From: Myxococcales bacterium
GTDB lineage: Bacteria; Myxococcota; UBA727; JABDBI01
Direction: 5' to 3'
Assembly (NCBI GenBank): GCA_023898405.1
Contig: CP060221.1
Location: forward strand, 2,434,172-2,498,171
DNA length: 64,000 nt
Every line of letters begins with the position of its first letter. Positions within the stretch are counted from its first letter, which is position 1. The position numbers and the translations under genes were made by a program. The notes below the pieces were generated by a model that saw only the letters and a list, made by a program, of their open reading frames with translations, ran no database searches and had not been told where the DNA came from. This document shows positions 1-9,574 of the stretch, piece after piece.

Positions 1-425
1 ATAAGAACAGAATTTATAGAATCAAATCTTGGTGATAAGCGCTTAACTAAGCGCCTTTTATCAATTGTTAGCTCGGTTATTGAAAGTCCAGAGAAATCTT
101 TTCCTGAGGCATTTGGGAGTTCGGCAGAATTAGAGGGGTTCTATCGGTTTGTGGAAAATCCTTACATAGAAATAAAAGACATTTTAGAACCGCACAAGCA
201 AGCTACTTTAAAGCGTATGTGCAATAAGAATAATGATATTATTATTGCGCATGATTCGAGTGAGTTTGTATTTTCAGGAAAGAGACGAGACCTTGGAACA
301 ACCTCACTAGGTAAAAGTGCAAGCTTCTTTGGCCATTTCAGTTTAGCTATTTCTGCGTCAGATAGAGAACCATTAGGTACATTGGGGTTGCATTGTTTTA
401 AGCGCGGTGAAAAAATCAGTCCTTA
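1..425 (+). pseudogene. IS4-family (IS50/Tn5-like) transposase, 5' part; starts before the window and is interrupted by IS5
   Basis: Open frame from base 1 (LGDKRLTKRL...IIAHDSSEF...PLGTLG). Matches the second copy at 47921-48977 and ends at the IS5 left IR. Confidence 0.85.
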
Positions 426-1330
426 GAGGCTGTAAAAAAAATCAATTTGGCAATTCTGGTTCAATAAATGTCGCTGTGACGAAAGTATGACGTGAAAACC
501 TTTTTGAAAGGAAATATCATGTCGTGCTTGTATGAGACCTGTTTGTCAGATTGTGCCTGGGAAGTGATTGAGCCACTTTTTCCTGCTAACGCCAAACGAG
601 GCAGACGTCGTGTCTATAGCTTTCGGAGCATAGTTGATGCCATATTCTATGTTTTAAAGAACGGCTGTGTGTGGCGTTGTTTACCCAATGACTTTCCTCC
701 TCACGGTATTGTCTATCACTATTTTCGCACCTGGTCTGTTTCTGGTTTGTGGGCGGTCTTAAACTGCATTCTCGTGGCAATAGTCAGAACCTGTGCTGGC
801 AGAGATGCAAGCCCCTCACTTGTTTCCATCGACTCCCAATCACAGACAGCGGAACCAGGAGTAGATGAGCGTGGTTTGGATGGGGGAAAGAAGATTAATG
901 GAAGAAAGCGCCACATCGTTGTTGATACGATGGGATTGATGCTCCTATGCATTTGTACCGCAGCAAATGTATCTGATAGGGTTGCCGGCGAGGAATTGGT
1001 TACTGAGCTCAATAAGCGCGAGAAGTTTCCCAGATTAGCGAAGATTCTTGGAGATAACGCATATAAGAATTTGTCTTCAGGCTTGAGAGTAGGCGTAAGC
1101 ACAGAAACTGCGGAACGTTTAAAAGGGCAAAAGGGGTTTGTACCACAAATATTTCGTTGGGCCGTAGAACGAACTTTTGCTTGGCTGAATCGAAATAGGC
1201 GTCTGGTGCGTAACTATGAGAAGAATACAAAGCATCAGGAATCAATGAACTACATCGCTAATGCAAGATTATGTATCAGACGATTGGAAAATTGGCTTAC
1301 CACCTGAGATTTGATTTTTTTTACAGCCTC
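426..1330 (+). mobile_element. IS5-family element (IS1031-like, type a), 905 bp
   Basis: Perfect 20-bp terminal IRs GAGGCTGTAAAAAAAATCAA at 426-445 and 1311-1330. TTA on both flanks. Single transposase ORF. Confidence 0.92.
519..1307 (+). CDS. IS5-family transposase (DUF4096 + DDE)
   Basis: YETCLSDCAWEVIEP, GCVWRCLPNDFPP, IDSQS, GKKINGRKRHIVVDTMG, RWAVERTFAWL motifs. ATG at 519 preferred over the GTG at 492. Confidence 0.93.
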   Translation: MSCLYETCLSDCAWEVIEPLFPANAKRGRRRVYSFRSIVDAIFYVLKNGCVWRCLPNDFPPHGIVYHYFRTWSVSGLWAVLNCILVAIVRTCAGRDASPSLVSIDSQSQTAEPGVDERGLDGGKKINGRKRHIVVDTMGLMLLCICTAANVSDRVAGEELVTELNKREKFPRLAKILGDNAYKNLSSGLRVGVSTETAERLKGQKGFVPQIFRWAVERTFAWLNRNRRLVRNYEKNTKHQESMNYIANARLCIRRLENWLTT

Positions 1331-2132
1331 TTATCGAACAAAGAACATCGATTTATTGTTAGGGGCTGCTATGACCGCGCCCTTGTAAACGGCAAGCATT
1401 TACGCGAGGAATTTGCAGAAGAAAGCAGATTGTTTTCTAAAGAAATACATCTTTCTAGAAGAAATAAAAAATCCGGCGGGGCTAATAATAAAAGGCTTGT
1501 TAAAAGAGATGCCCGCAATACGATAGTAGATATTAAAGCAAAACAAATTACATTAAAAAGATCAAACTGTGTAGATAAAAAATATGCATTATCTTTAGAT
1601 ATAAATGCTGTTCTTATTCTAGAGCGAAATCCGCCTAAAGATGAAAAGCCTATTGAATGGATTTTACTCACTCAAGAACCAATCGCTTCGCGCCAAGATA
1701 TCGAAAAGATTATCGAATGCTATTGCTCACGTTGGGTCATAGAAGAATACTTTAAAGTCCTTAAAACTGGATGCTCATATGAAAAAAGACAGTTAGAAAG
1801 CTTTCACAGCCTGAAAAATTGTTTGGGAGTCTTTATACCAATAGCCTGGTTTCTCCTGCGGCTACGCAATAAAGCAAATGAAGCAAATAGCTCACCAGAA
1901 CTTTATATACCGCCTCCATTATTAGCTATGCTGCAAAATTATACCGCGGAATCATTGCTTACTGTCGATGAAGTTTTAAGGCAAATAGCAAGGTTGGGAG
2001 GACACATTAAATATAACGGTCCTCCTGGATGGCTCGTCTTATGGCGAGGGCTTAGAGAACTTTATGCTATGTATAAAGGTTACCAAATCGCCGAATCTAT
2101 CTTGTCAACAAAAAGATGTGATCAATCATGAG
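1331..2132 (+). pseudogene. IS4-family (IS50/Tn5-like) transposase, 3' part, with element right end
   Basis: PIEWILLT, YCSRWVIEEYFKVLKTGC (YREK-like), IARLGGH...GPPGWLVLWRG. Stop at 2129-2131. Terminal 19-mer AGATGTGATCAATCATGAG (2114-2132) resembles IS50 ends. Confidence 0.88.
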
Positions 2133-2153
2133 TTCAAGCATAAGGTTGATGCC

Positions 2154-2492
2154 ATGCAAAAAATTATAGCTCTTCTTGTATGTACTCTTTGTTCTGGCGT
2201 TTTTGCCAAAAGCATTGTGATAGAGATTTGGGATATTGGTAATGGATCCTCTCGTCCGCTTATTGATGCAGTAAAAATGGAAGCCAGCATGTATGTTCAA
2301 AATAGTACTATAGTGCAAACTCATGAATATTCACCAAAGCACCCTGTTTGTGGTGGGGCTTACAAAGTTTGCTATGACGTAGCAGAGAATGCAGAGTTTA
2401 ATTCTGTGTTAGAAAAATTTAATACTATTGCTGAAACTGCTAAAGCTCTAGATTCTTGCCCCATGAGCGATAAACTCTGGCTTCATCATTAA
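2154..2492 (+). CDS. Hypothetical secreted protein
   Basis: MQKIIALLVCTLCSGVFA looks like a signal peptide. The longer ORF call starts inside the IS4 end. No family recognised. Confidence 0.6.
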   Translation: MQKIIALLVCTLCSGVFAKSIVIEIWDIGNGSSRPLIDAVKMEASMYVQNSTIVQTHEYSPKHPVCGGAYKVCYDVAENAEFNSVLEKFNTIAETAKALDSCPMSDKLWLHH

Positions 2493-2523
2493 AGTGAGCC
2501 AGCTATAACGCTTACTTTCTAAT

Positions 2524-2551
2524 AAGCCTTTAGATGTATTTCTGAAGGCTT
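2524..2551. terminator. Hairpin between convergent genes, putative terminator
   Basis: AAGCCTTTAGA-tgtatt-TCTGAAGGCTT, an 11-bp stem with one G-U pair. Confidence 0.5.
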
Positions 2552-2592
2552 CGTGAATCATTAATTTCTTATGTAGTTAAAGAAAATTATTT

Positions 2593-4488
2593 TCAAAAAT
2601 TATCAAAAAGATTCTCAGAAACAAAGGCTTTGAGGGCTTCTTCCTCACTTTTATATAAACTGCTAAATTCTATTCTACCTTCTATCCACTCTTGGTTAAT
2701 TTCATCTGAGTTGAAGTCAAAAGAGTTTAACTTATTAAGATCAAATGTAATTTTTTGCTGAATCACTAAAAAATTATGCGCGTTTGAAAAATTATCAGCA
2801 TCGGCATCGGTACTTAAAATTTGAGCAGGAAAAAATCCTGTTAGATTGATTTTATTGCCTGAGTCATGGCTAATATCAAAGTTAAAAACAGCATACTTCT
2901 GGGAAGATTTTAAAAATAGATTTAAATCATTGGCATGAATCTGATCAGCAAGTTTCCCACTGTAAGTCGCCGATTCAATGGAGGCAAGGGATATCAAATT
3001 TTGCACAAGAAGGGAGAGTTTTTTATCGTCAAGCAGTATTTGCTTGTTTTCAAGTTTGTCTTTTAGATAGTTGTAAAAAATTTGAATGGCTTGTGTCGAG
3101 ATCATTTTGCTGGCATCTGCAGACTCGTGAGTGTTTTTCGGTTTTATGATGTCCTTATTATCCCAAATATATAAACAAGAACCAAGCCTTGTTAAAGTAT
3201 CATTTAAAATTTTTATATGGTGTTTATTGTTATAAATTTCGGTAATTTTATTTTTGTCTACTTGTTTGTTTAATATGGTTGATATTTCTTGGTTTGATAT
3301 TGTGGAAAAATGTTGCATGTTGTTGTTGGTTTTTGATAAATAGATGTCTATATAGAGTGATGATAGGTTATTAATATATAAAAGATTATTAGAGAGAACT
3401 CTAAAACACAATCCTGCATCTTTGAGGATTTTAATTATGTGATCATGCTTATCTTCGAGTTTATTTTCATATGTATTAGCTAATTTAAACCAGCCTTTAG
3501 AGATGTTTAAAAACTTTGTAGCGAGCTCTTTAAGTTTTTGAGTTTTTATGTAGTTAAGGTCATCTTGAGAGAAAGAGCCTTTACTAAGGAAATAATTAAG
3601 TGTCTTCATGTATTCTTCTGACTGGAGTTTAGAAGTTATAGCGAAATTTGCTGTGGCTTTTCGATTCGCTTCAGTAATACAAAAATAATCATTGAAGTTT
3701 CTACTTACCCCTTGCACTACTCTGCTCAAGCCATCAGTACTGCCATAACTAATAGTAAGTTGATTATTATAAATTTCTATCAGCTTAGAATCCTCGATGA
3801 CGTCAAGAACTGCCATGGATTCTGCCAATTTATTAAAATTATGCACAATATTTTTTAAGTAAATTGGTTGGCAAGACTCTAAGATGTTCTGCAGAAAATC
3901 TGCAAAATTATTAAATTTATCACTAGTTTTATTAAGTGTGTTGATTATTTCTTTGTTTTTTTTATCGTCTACAAGTTTTTTTTGGTATGTATTTGCTAGT
4001 TTTTTCCACCCGAGGGAAATGTTACTTAATTTTTTAGATAATTCATGAATTGTTTTGGAGTGAAATGACCAGAAAAGTTCTTTGTTTTCATTGCTGGTAC
4101 TAAATTCACCAAAGATACTAGTAATGCTCATTATACAGGCGGTTATATCGCTTGTTATATCAAGGGCAAATTGAGCGCTATCTTCTCGACTAGCTCTACT
4201 ATGGCTAAACAAATTATTAAAAGATCTACTGGCACTTTGCAAGATTGAACCCACACCTTGGGTGCTTCCCGAACTAATAGCAAGAGTATTATCGTAAATC
4301 TCTATCAATTGCCCATCTTGTATATTCTCAAGAACTTTCAAAGATTTAGCCAGCAAGCTCAATTGATCAAGGTTTTGATGAATCAATCCGAAATTTTCAT
4401 AGTCATATTTTTCAGTCACTTGCCCTTTTATATGGACTGCTAATAAGTTAAAACTGATGAATAAAGTGAAAAAATATAATATTTTCAT
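2593..4488 (-). CDS. Hypothetical secreted protein with internal tandem domain repeats (631 aa)
   Basis: Signal peptide MKILYFFTLFISFNLLA. Repeated blocks IEIYDNTLAISSGSTQG / IEIYNNQLTISYGSTDG and NISLGWKKLANTY / NISKGWFKLANTY. Confidence 0.75.
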   Translation of the reverse strand: MKILYFFTLFISFNLLAVHIKGQVTEKYDYENFGLIHQNLDQLSLLAKSLKVLENIQDGQLIEIYDNTLAISSGSTQGVGSILQSASRSFNNLFSHSRASREDSAQFALDITSDITACIMSITSIFGEFSTSNENKELFWSFHSKTIHELSKKLSNISLGWKKLANTYQKKLVDDKKNKEIINTLNKTSDKFNNFADFLQNILESCQPIYLKNIVHNFNKLAESMAVLDVIEDSKLIEIYNNQLTISYGSTDGLSRVVQGVSRNFNDYFCITEANRKATANFAITSKLQSEEYMKTLNYFLSKGSFSQDDLNYIKTQKLKELATKFLNISKGWFKLANTYENKLEDKHDHIIKILKDAGLCFRVLSNNLLYINNLSSLYIDIYLSKTNNNMQHFSTISNQEISTILNKQVDKNKITEIYNNKHHIKILNDTLTRLGSCLYIWDNKDIIKPKNTHESADASKMISTQAIQIFYNYLKDKLENKQILLDDKKLSLLVQNLISLASIESATYSGKLADQIHANDLNLFLKSSQKYAVFNFDISHDSGNKINLTGFFPAQILSTDADADNFSNAHNFLVIQQKITFDLNKLNSFDFNSDEINQEWIEGRIEFSSLYKSEEEALKAFVSENLFDNF

Positions 4489-4659
4489 TGCGTAAATCTC
4501 AAGAATAAATAGAAAAAATAAAAATTATTAGATAACAGTATAGCTTTAAAGAAACATAAGTCAAGTTATGAATAATGATTTTTAATAATTTTTTTGATTA
4601 ATTGTATGCTAATTTGGCGATTTTTTTATGGATGTGTATGAAAACTTAGAGAGCTAAAA

Positions 4660-4680
4660 ACAGCAGAAAAAATCTGCTGT
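4660..4680 (-). terminator. Rho-independent terminator of the 4689-5885 gene
   Basis: ACAGCAGA-aaaaa-TCTGCTGT stem, followed by a T-run on the minus strand, 8 bp after the stop. Confidence 0.7.
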
Positions 4681-4688
4681 CTTTAATT

Positions 4689-5885
4689 TTATTTTATAAT
4701 GATTATTTTATCTTGGTTACTTGGTAAATGTTTTTGATAAAAATCAATAAGCATTTCTTTGAGCGAATCAGGGCTGGGAACATCGTTTTTGTCGTGCAGT
4801 ATCACTTTGAGATGATCGGCAGTAAGAGTAAAGTATTGATCATTAAACGAGACGCTCTCATAAGTATTCTTTATATTTTCAGCAAAGGCATCAGTATTAA
4901 AAAAAACTAAGAAGTAGAGAGATACTAAACGGTAACTTGCTAGGCCTATTTCATGACTATTTTCAAGTTTGAGCTGTTTTATTGCAGCAGTTGCCCACTG
5001 AGCAGAGTTATGTTGGAGTTGAGTTAGAAACGTTTTTTGCAACCTATCTATAGGGACAATGGCCAAATCTTTTAGACTATGTCGAATGGTCATTTGTTTC
5101 AGGGATTCTCTTATGTTAGAAAGGTCATTTTCTTGAGAGTATTGGGCATAGGCATGGATGAGATTCATTTTGAGAGTATGTCTAAGCTGTTCTGCTGCTT
5201 CAAATTGTTTACAGAGTGAATTGGCGCCATCAAAATTTTTATACTCTGCGGCATAGTTGCAATAGTGCTCGATCTTATCTTTTTCAAAGACGGGTCCGTC
5301 TAATTTCCAAGCCTTTGCTATTGCTGCGTACCATTTGTTTTCCTCATGATTGGCTTTGGAAATAGCATTAAGATAAGCACGTGATCCGAAACCAAATGTT
5401 GAACTTATTTTGCTAGCGCCGACATACACTGTTTCTCGAATCGACTGCAACCAGGTCTCAGAGTTTGCCACGTTACTCCATGTAGGTTTATTGGCAAGGC
5501 TAGAAATGGCTACTTTTGCAACATCTTCGCTTGCTTTTTCTATGTAATCTTTACTTCCTTGCATGATGGTTCCATATATCGAAAGGAAGTGATTTAGAAT
5601 CTGCTGAGGATTGTTGTCATCTTTGATTAAAACTTGGGCACTTTCTATGATTTTTGAGCTCAAAGATATCAAAAATTTTTGCCTAATCTCGTCATAATTA
5701 TCTATAATTTTTAGTATAGAATCACCTGTATCATCATAATTGTTTACGAGTTCCTGTGCAGCATTAATTTGTGGGTTTATTAGGGATAAAATTTCATCAG
5801 CATTTGCTTGGCCACGGCCTGTTAAGTGGAACAATAAGACAAAAAAACTCAATCGAGTTACCATTTTTTTCACTATATACTCCAA
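4689..5885 (-). CDS. Hypothetical secreted helical protein
   Basis: 398-aa ORF with an N-terminal hydrophobic stretch ending ...GQANA and a downstream terminator. Confidence 0.7.
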   Translation of the reverse strand: MEYIVKKMVTRLSFFVLLFHLTGRGQANADEILSLINPQINAAQELVNNYDDTGDSILKIIDNYDEIRQKFLISLSSKIIESAQVLIKDDNNPQQILNHFLSIYGTIMQGSKDYIEKASEDVAKVAISSLANKPTWSNVANSETWLQSIRETVYVGASKISSTFGFGSRAYLNAISKANHEENKWYAAIAKAWKLDGPVFEKDKIEHYCNYAAEYKNFDGANSLCKQFEAAEQLRHTLKMNLIHAYAQYSQENDLSNIRESLKQMTIRHSLKDLAIVPIDRLQKTFLTQLQHNSAQWATAAIKQLKLENSHEIGLASYRLVSLYFLVFFNTDAFAENIKNTYESVSFNDQYFTLTADHLKVILHDKNDVPSPDSLKEMLIDFYQKHLPSNQDKIIIIK

Positions 5886-6245
5886 TGTATGATTTCTTCT
5901 CTGCGCTGGTTAGATAATTATCCAGCATTAAAAGAAATAACTAAATTTATTGCTATATTAAATTTTTTAAAAATCAAGTAAGATTGTCGACGGAGAGTTG
6001 ATGTCTTTTTAATTTTGTTTTGTAAAATATGGCTTATCTTGTAAGTAAAAAAATGTCTTATGGTTTTCTGATAATCTAACTATCTGATGTTGAATAAGCC
6101 AAACATATCCATTATTAAGATGAAAAATATTTCCATGTTAAGAACTTCTTCGCTTGCTGTAAATTCATTGAGACATATCATAGCTACCCCCCGACACAGA
6201 GTATGCCGTTTTTTTAACTTAAAGGGACCTCATCGTGCTCTATTT

Positions 6246-6300
6246 GGATCCCCGCCTGCGCGGGGATGACACGTGGTAGTGTTTAAAACGGGGATGACAC
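6246..6300 (-). repeat. REP/RPE-like palindrome plus a partial second copy
   Basis: The minus strand reads GTCATCCCCGCGCAGGCGGGGATCC (6246-6270). CGGGGATGACAC recurs at 6289-6300. GC-rich island in AT-rich intergenic DNA. Confidence 0.6.
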
Positions 6301-6827
6301 ATAAATGGTGGTCAAAACGTGAATGACACGTGATAGTGGACAAAAATATTTTTACAGTCTCTAAATAAGGCCATTATATTTTTTGAATGCGATCCTGGTG
6401 ATGCGGATCCAGGTACACTCGGCGAAGAGCGCGCACTGGTATTAAAAAAATATCGCTCATGGATGGTGCGTTGGCCTTTAGCTCCCCAAAAAATTATTGA
6501 GGACAAATTTTATCCAGAAAATGCATTGCTTAATCTTTGTTATCACGAAGCTTTTGTCGATGAAATAATTGCCATTTCAAAAGATCTTAAAGAACTTTTT
6601 CAACTCAGGAAATTTAATGCTAGTGAAAGCAAAGAAAATATTTTCTTCCGAATGGTGGAATTTCTGAGTGTAAAAAAAGCTCCAGAGATTTTTGTCACTA
6701 GAGCGCGATGTTTAGAAACTGTTTGAAATTATTCAACGAAGACTTTTTGGTCAATACTTTCAAAGCAGTCTCTTGGACGAATGCAGTGTGGTTTAATTCA
6801 CACTGCATTGCGCTGATATTCTTGCTG

Positions 6828-7673
6828 TTATCGTATGATGGTTTGAGCATTTTTTACTTTTTCGACGGGATTTATAGTATTTCCCTCTAAAAGTGGCAGT
6901 AGAGTATGAATGTAAATATTTTCTGATAAATCGTCTTTATTCCATGTATTATCGCCTATAAAAATTAAAACGGTATCTTTTTCAGGGGTGAAGTCGATAT
7001 TTTTAAGCGCGTTATTTATGTTTTTTAAATTTTGGATAAAGCTTTCAGAATTTATGTACCAATAAAATATTCCTAATCTGTACATTAATGCTAATTTATA
7101 CCTATCAACTTCATTGTAATTGTTGTGTTTATTTAAGGCATTACGGAATTCAGTTGCAGAGTTTAAAATGGTGCGATTGTCATTTGTTGTTGCGTTATAT
7201 TTGTCGTTTAAAGATGTTGAAATTGCAGAGTATTCACCGTTATTACTGTAGTAATTAATAAACTTGCATAATTCTTCAGCTGAGGTGATAAATTCACTGT
7301 TAATATTGTTTGTAATGTTAAGTATTGTATGTCTTGATTCTAAGAAAAATTTTACATTGTAAAAATGAAACAATGCAAAGAGATGTTTTCCGCTATTTAA
7401 ATCAAATAATTGTTTCGCATGTGATTTTTTTCTACCAAGCCAATTTTTACTTTCAAGCTGATGTGTTTTTTTGCATGTTTCGATAATTTTATTAATAATT
7501 TCTATTACTAATTCCTTTTCTTTGTCCTCATTGAATTCGGCCAAAAAAACATCGAATTCCTCTTGTGTTAGATCGTTTAGATTTAAAATATTGTTAATGA
7601 ATTTGGGAGATATTTCTGCTTGAACAGTGTAACTTATTGAAAATAAAGTAAAAAATGTTACAAGTTTTTTCAT
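6828..7673 (-). CDS. Hypothetical secreted protein
   Basis: Signal peptide MKKLVTFFTLFSISYTVQA. 281-aa AT-rich ORF. Confidence 0.72.
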   Translation of the reverse strand: MKKLVTFFTLFSISYTVQAEISPKFINNILNLNDLTQEEFDVFLAEFNEDKEKELVIEIINKIIETCKKTHQLESKNWLGRKKSHAKQLFDLNSGKHLFALFHFYNVKFFLESRHTILNITNNINSEFITSAEELCKFINYYSNNGEYSAISTSLNDKYNATTNDNRTILNSATEFRNALNKHNNYNEVDRYKLALMYRLGIFYWYINSESFIQNLKNINNALKNIDFTPEKDTVLIFIGDNTWNKDDLSENIYIHTLLPLLEGNTINPVEKVKNAQTIIR

Positions 7674-7852
7674 GATTTTATATCCTTTAATGATTTGTTT
7701 TTTATGTATTATTAAAAAAACAATTTCTACTCCCCTTTAGCATAAATATACGAACAAAAAACACTCTAGCTCAATAATGGTTTTGAGCTCACCCTAAGTA
7801 TCTTGTGTGCGTTTCAAAAAGACACAGGAGGGCACGTTTGTCATGTAGAAAA

Positions 7853-9130
7853 TTATTTCTGACAAGGCTCCGATGCATAAATCTTTCGAGTAATGTTTTG
7901 AACGCAGCTTTGAAGAATTTTTCGTACTTGAGGGCCGTTGGTCCAAGGTTCGTTGTCAGAATAATCTATATCGGCACCAATCTCTTTTAGAGCTTTTGCA
8001 TAATCATCAATGTCTTTTAAGGCCAGGAGGCGGCGATCTTTTTCAGATTTACGTTCAAAGTGAGAGGAATAATATTCGTAGTCTTCAAATCCGTCGCTAA
8101 TTGCCCTGCAGATGCCATTACTAGATGTGGGGTAGGTGATTTCGTGAGCGACGTAAAATAGCGCGCATATGTCTAATGCTAATTCGGTGTGATTGCTTTC
8201 GGTGTTTTGAATAAACAAATACCATTTTTTGAAGGACGGCAAGGATCTATTGATATAGCACTGATGCCTATCTTGGTGAAGCTTGTCGTGTGCAGCCATC
8301 AGCATGCAAGAAACAAAATTCTGGTTGGCATAGTTAGAAAAATCATTTGGGCTTTCTCTTTGAATCTGAATAAAGAGCATATATGTAGCAAAGCTGCCCC
8401 ATTTTCCTCCATGAATTTCATTGTTACCCACGCTAGGATAGGGTTGGATAAATACTTTATTAAGCAAAGCATATAAAAAACCGCTAAAACCAAAGAGGCC
8501 ATTTTTGCTTAAAAATGGGATCGTATTTTTTAGGTAAGGTTGGTTTAACAGGTGACAGCTGTTAAGTGGATCGAGTAATAAAACTTCTTTTATTGATTTG
8601 TTAGGCGGTAGAAGTACAACTGATTCAATTAGTTTACGGAAAATATTTAAGATAATGTCATCGCATGAATCAATATTTGTATGTAGAAATTTTTGAGCTT
8701 TATCGGGGCAAGAAAACTGGCAAAGATCAGATATGATGATGAGTTTTAATCCGATCAGGTGCATAAGCGGAATGTCTTGACGCTCTTCGGCAATAATATT
8801 TTCAATATCAATTTGTAATTTCTGCCAATATTCCTGAAATGTTAAATATTGAGGAGCTTCCTCTATTAGAGGGCGAAAAAAATTTTGAGCAGTGTCTAAC
8901 TCTTCTTTAAAAAAATGTTGGTGTTCTACAGAAATTTTATCCTCATTTCTTTGAGCTAAAATTGCTTGCACATAACAACATATTTTTTCCAAATCCTTAT
9001 CAATAATTTCGATGCTGTTTTTTTTGGGCATTGGGATTGAGGAATAGAGTCCAAAATTACTCGCCCAAGCTGGCATTATAGTGATTAGATTTGCTAGGAA
9101 AAAGCTGCAAAATAAAAATCTCACTCTCAT
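7853..9130 (-). CDS. Hypothetical secreted protein with HDxxH motif
   Basis: ATG at 9130 gives the signal peptide MRVRFLFCSFFLANLITIMPAWA. Contains EIHGG, AHDKLHQDRH and AHEIT. Confidence 0.65.
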   Translation of the reverse strand: MRVRFLFCSFFLANLITIMPAWASNFGLYSSIPMPKKNSIEIIDKDLEKICCYVQAILAQRNEDKISVEHQHFFKEELDTAQNFFRPLIEEAPQYLTFQEYWQKLQIDIENIIAEERQDIPLMHLIGLKLIIISDLCQFSCPDKAQKFLHTNIDSCDDIILNIFRKLIESVVLLPPNKSIKEVLLLDPLNSCHLLNQPYLKNTIPFLSKNGLFGFSGFLYALLNKVFIQPYPSVGNNEIHGGKWGSFATYMLFIQIQRESPNDFSNYANQNFVSCMLMAAHDKLHQDRHQCYINRSLPSFKKWYLFIQNTESNHTELALDICALFYVAHEITYPTSSNGICRAISDGFEDYEYYSSHFERKSEKDRRLLALKDIDDYAKALKEIGADIDYSDNEPWTNGPQVRKILQSCVQNITRKIYASEPCQK

Positions 9131-9574
9131 GAATTTTTTCCACAAATAAAAAAATTGGCTCTGGATTTTTTGATTAGCAGATGGTGAAGCTTGCATAAGA
9201 GAGCTTCTGGTCAAAAAAATAAACTATGTTGCTAAATTTGTTATTTTTCGCCAGCACCACATCTTTAGAAGTTTCCTTATTCAGGTAGCTTAGAGTGAAA
9301 AAGACTTTATGTTTTACAAGGTCAGCTTTCTTCGCGATAATCTTGCAGCTTACAAGCTTTCTCTGAAAGCAAAATAAGCTAAGCCAGCCCCAAATCCAAA
9401 AAAAATCTCGCGACTAAAAAGTAGTATTGAAGAAACAAAAGGCAAGATAGAACAACGAATAGCAGAGCTGGAGACTCAACTGCGGCAATAGCTTAATTTA
9501 AAAATGCTTTCATATTGGGGTAGACAGTGGTGCCACTGCTTGCCAATCAAAACACAAACTAAATAAAGCTGTAA

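Noticed and set aside
6312-6726. Overlapping short ORFs (6312-6506 minus, 6463-6726 plus)
   Set aside because: No recognisable motif or clear start. At best a degraded gene, and not supportable.
9309-9490. Short plus-strand frame with an internal TAA and a coiled-coil-like end
   Set aside because: Possibly a pseudogene remnant, but too short to assign.
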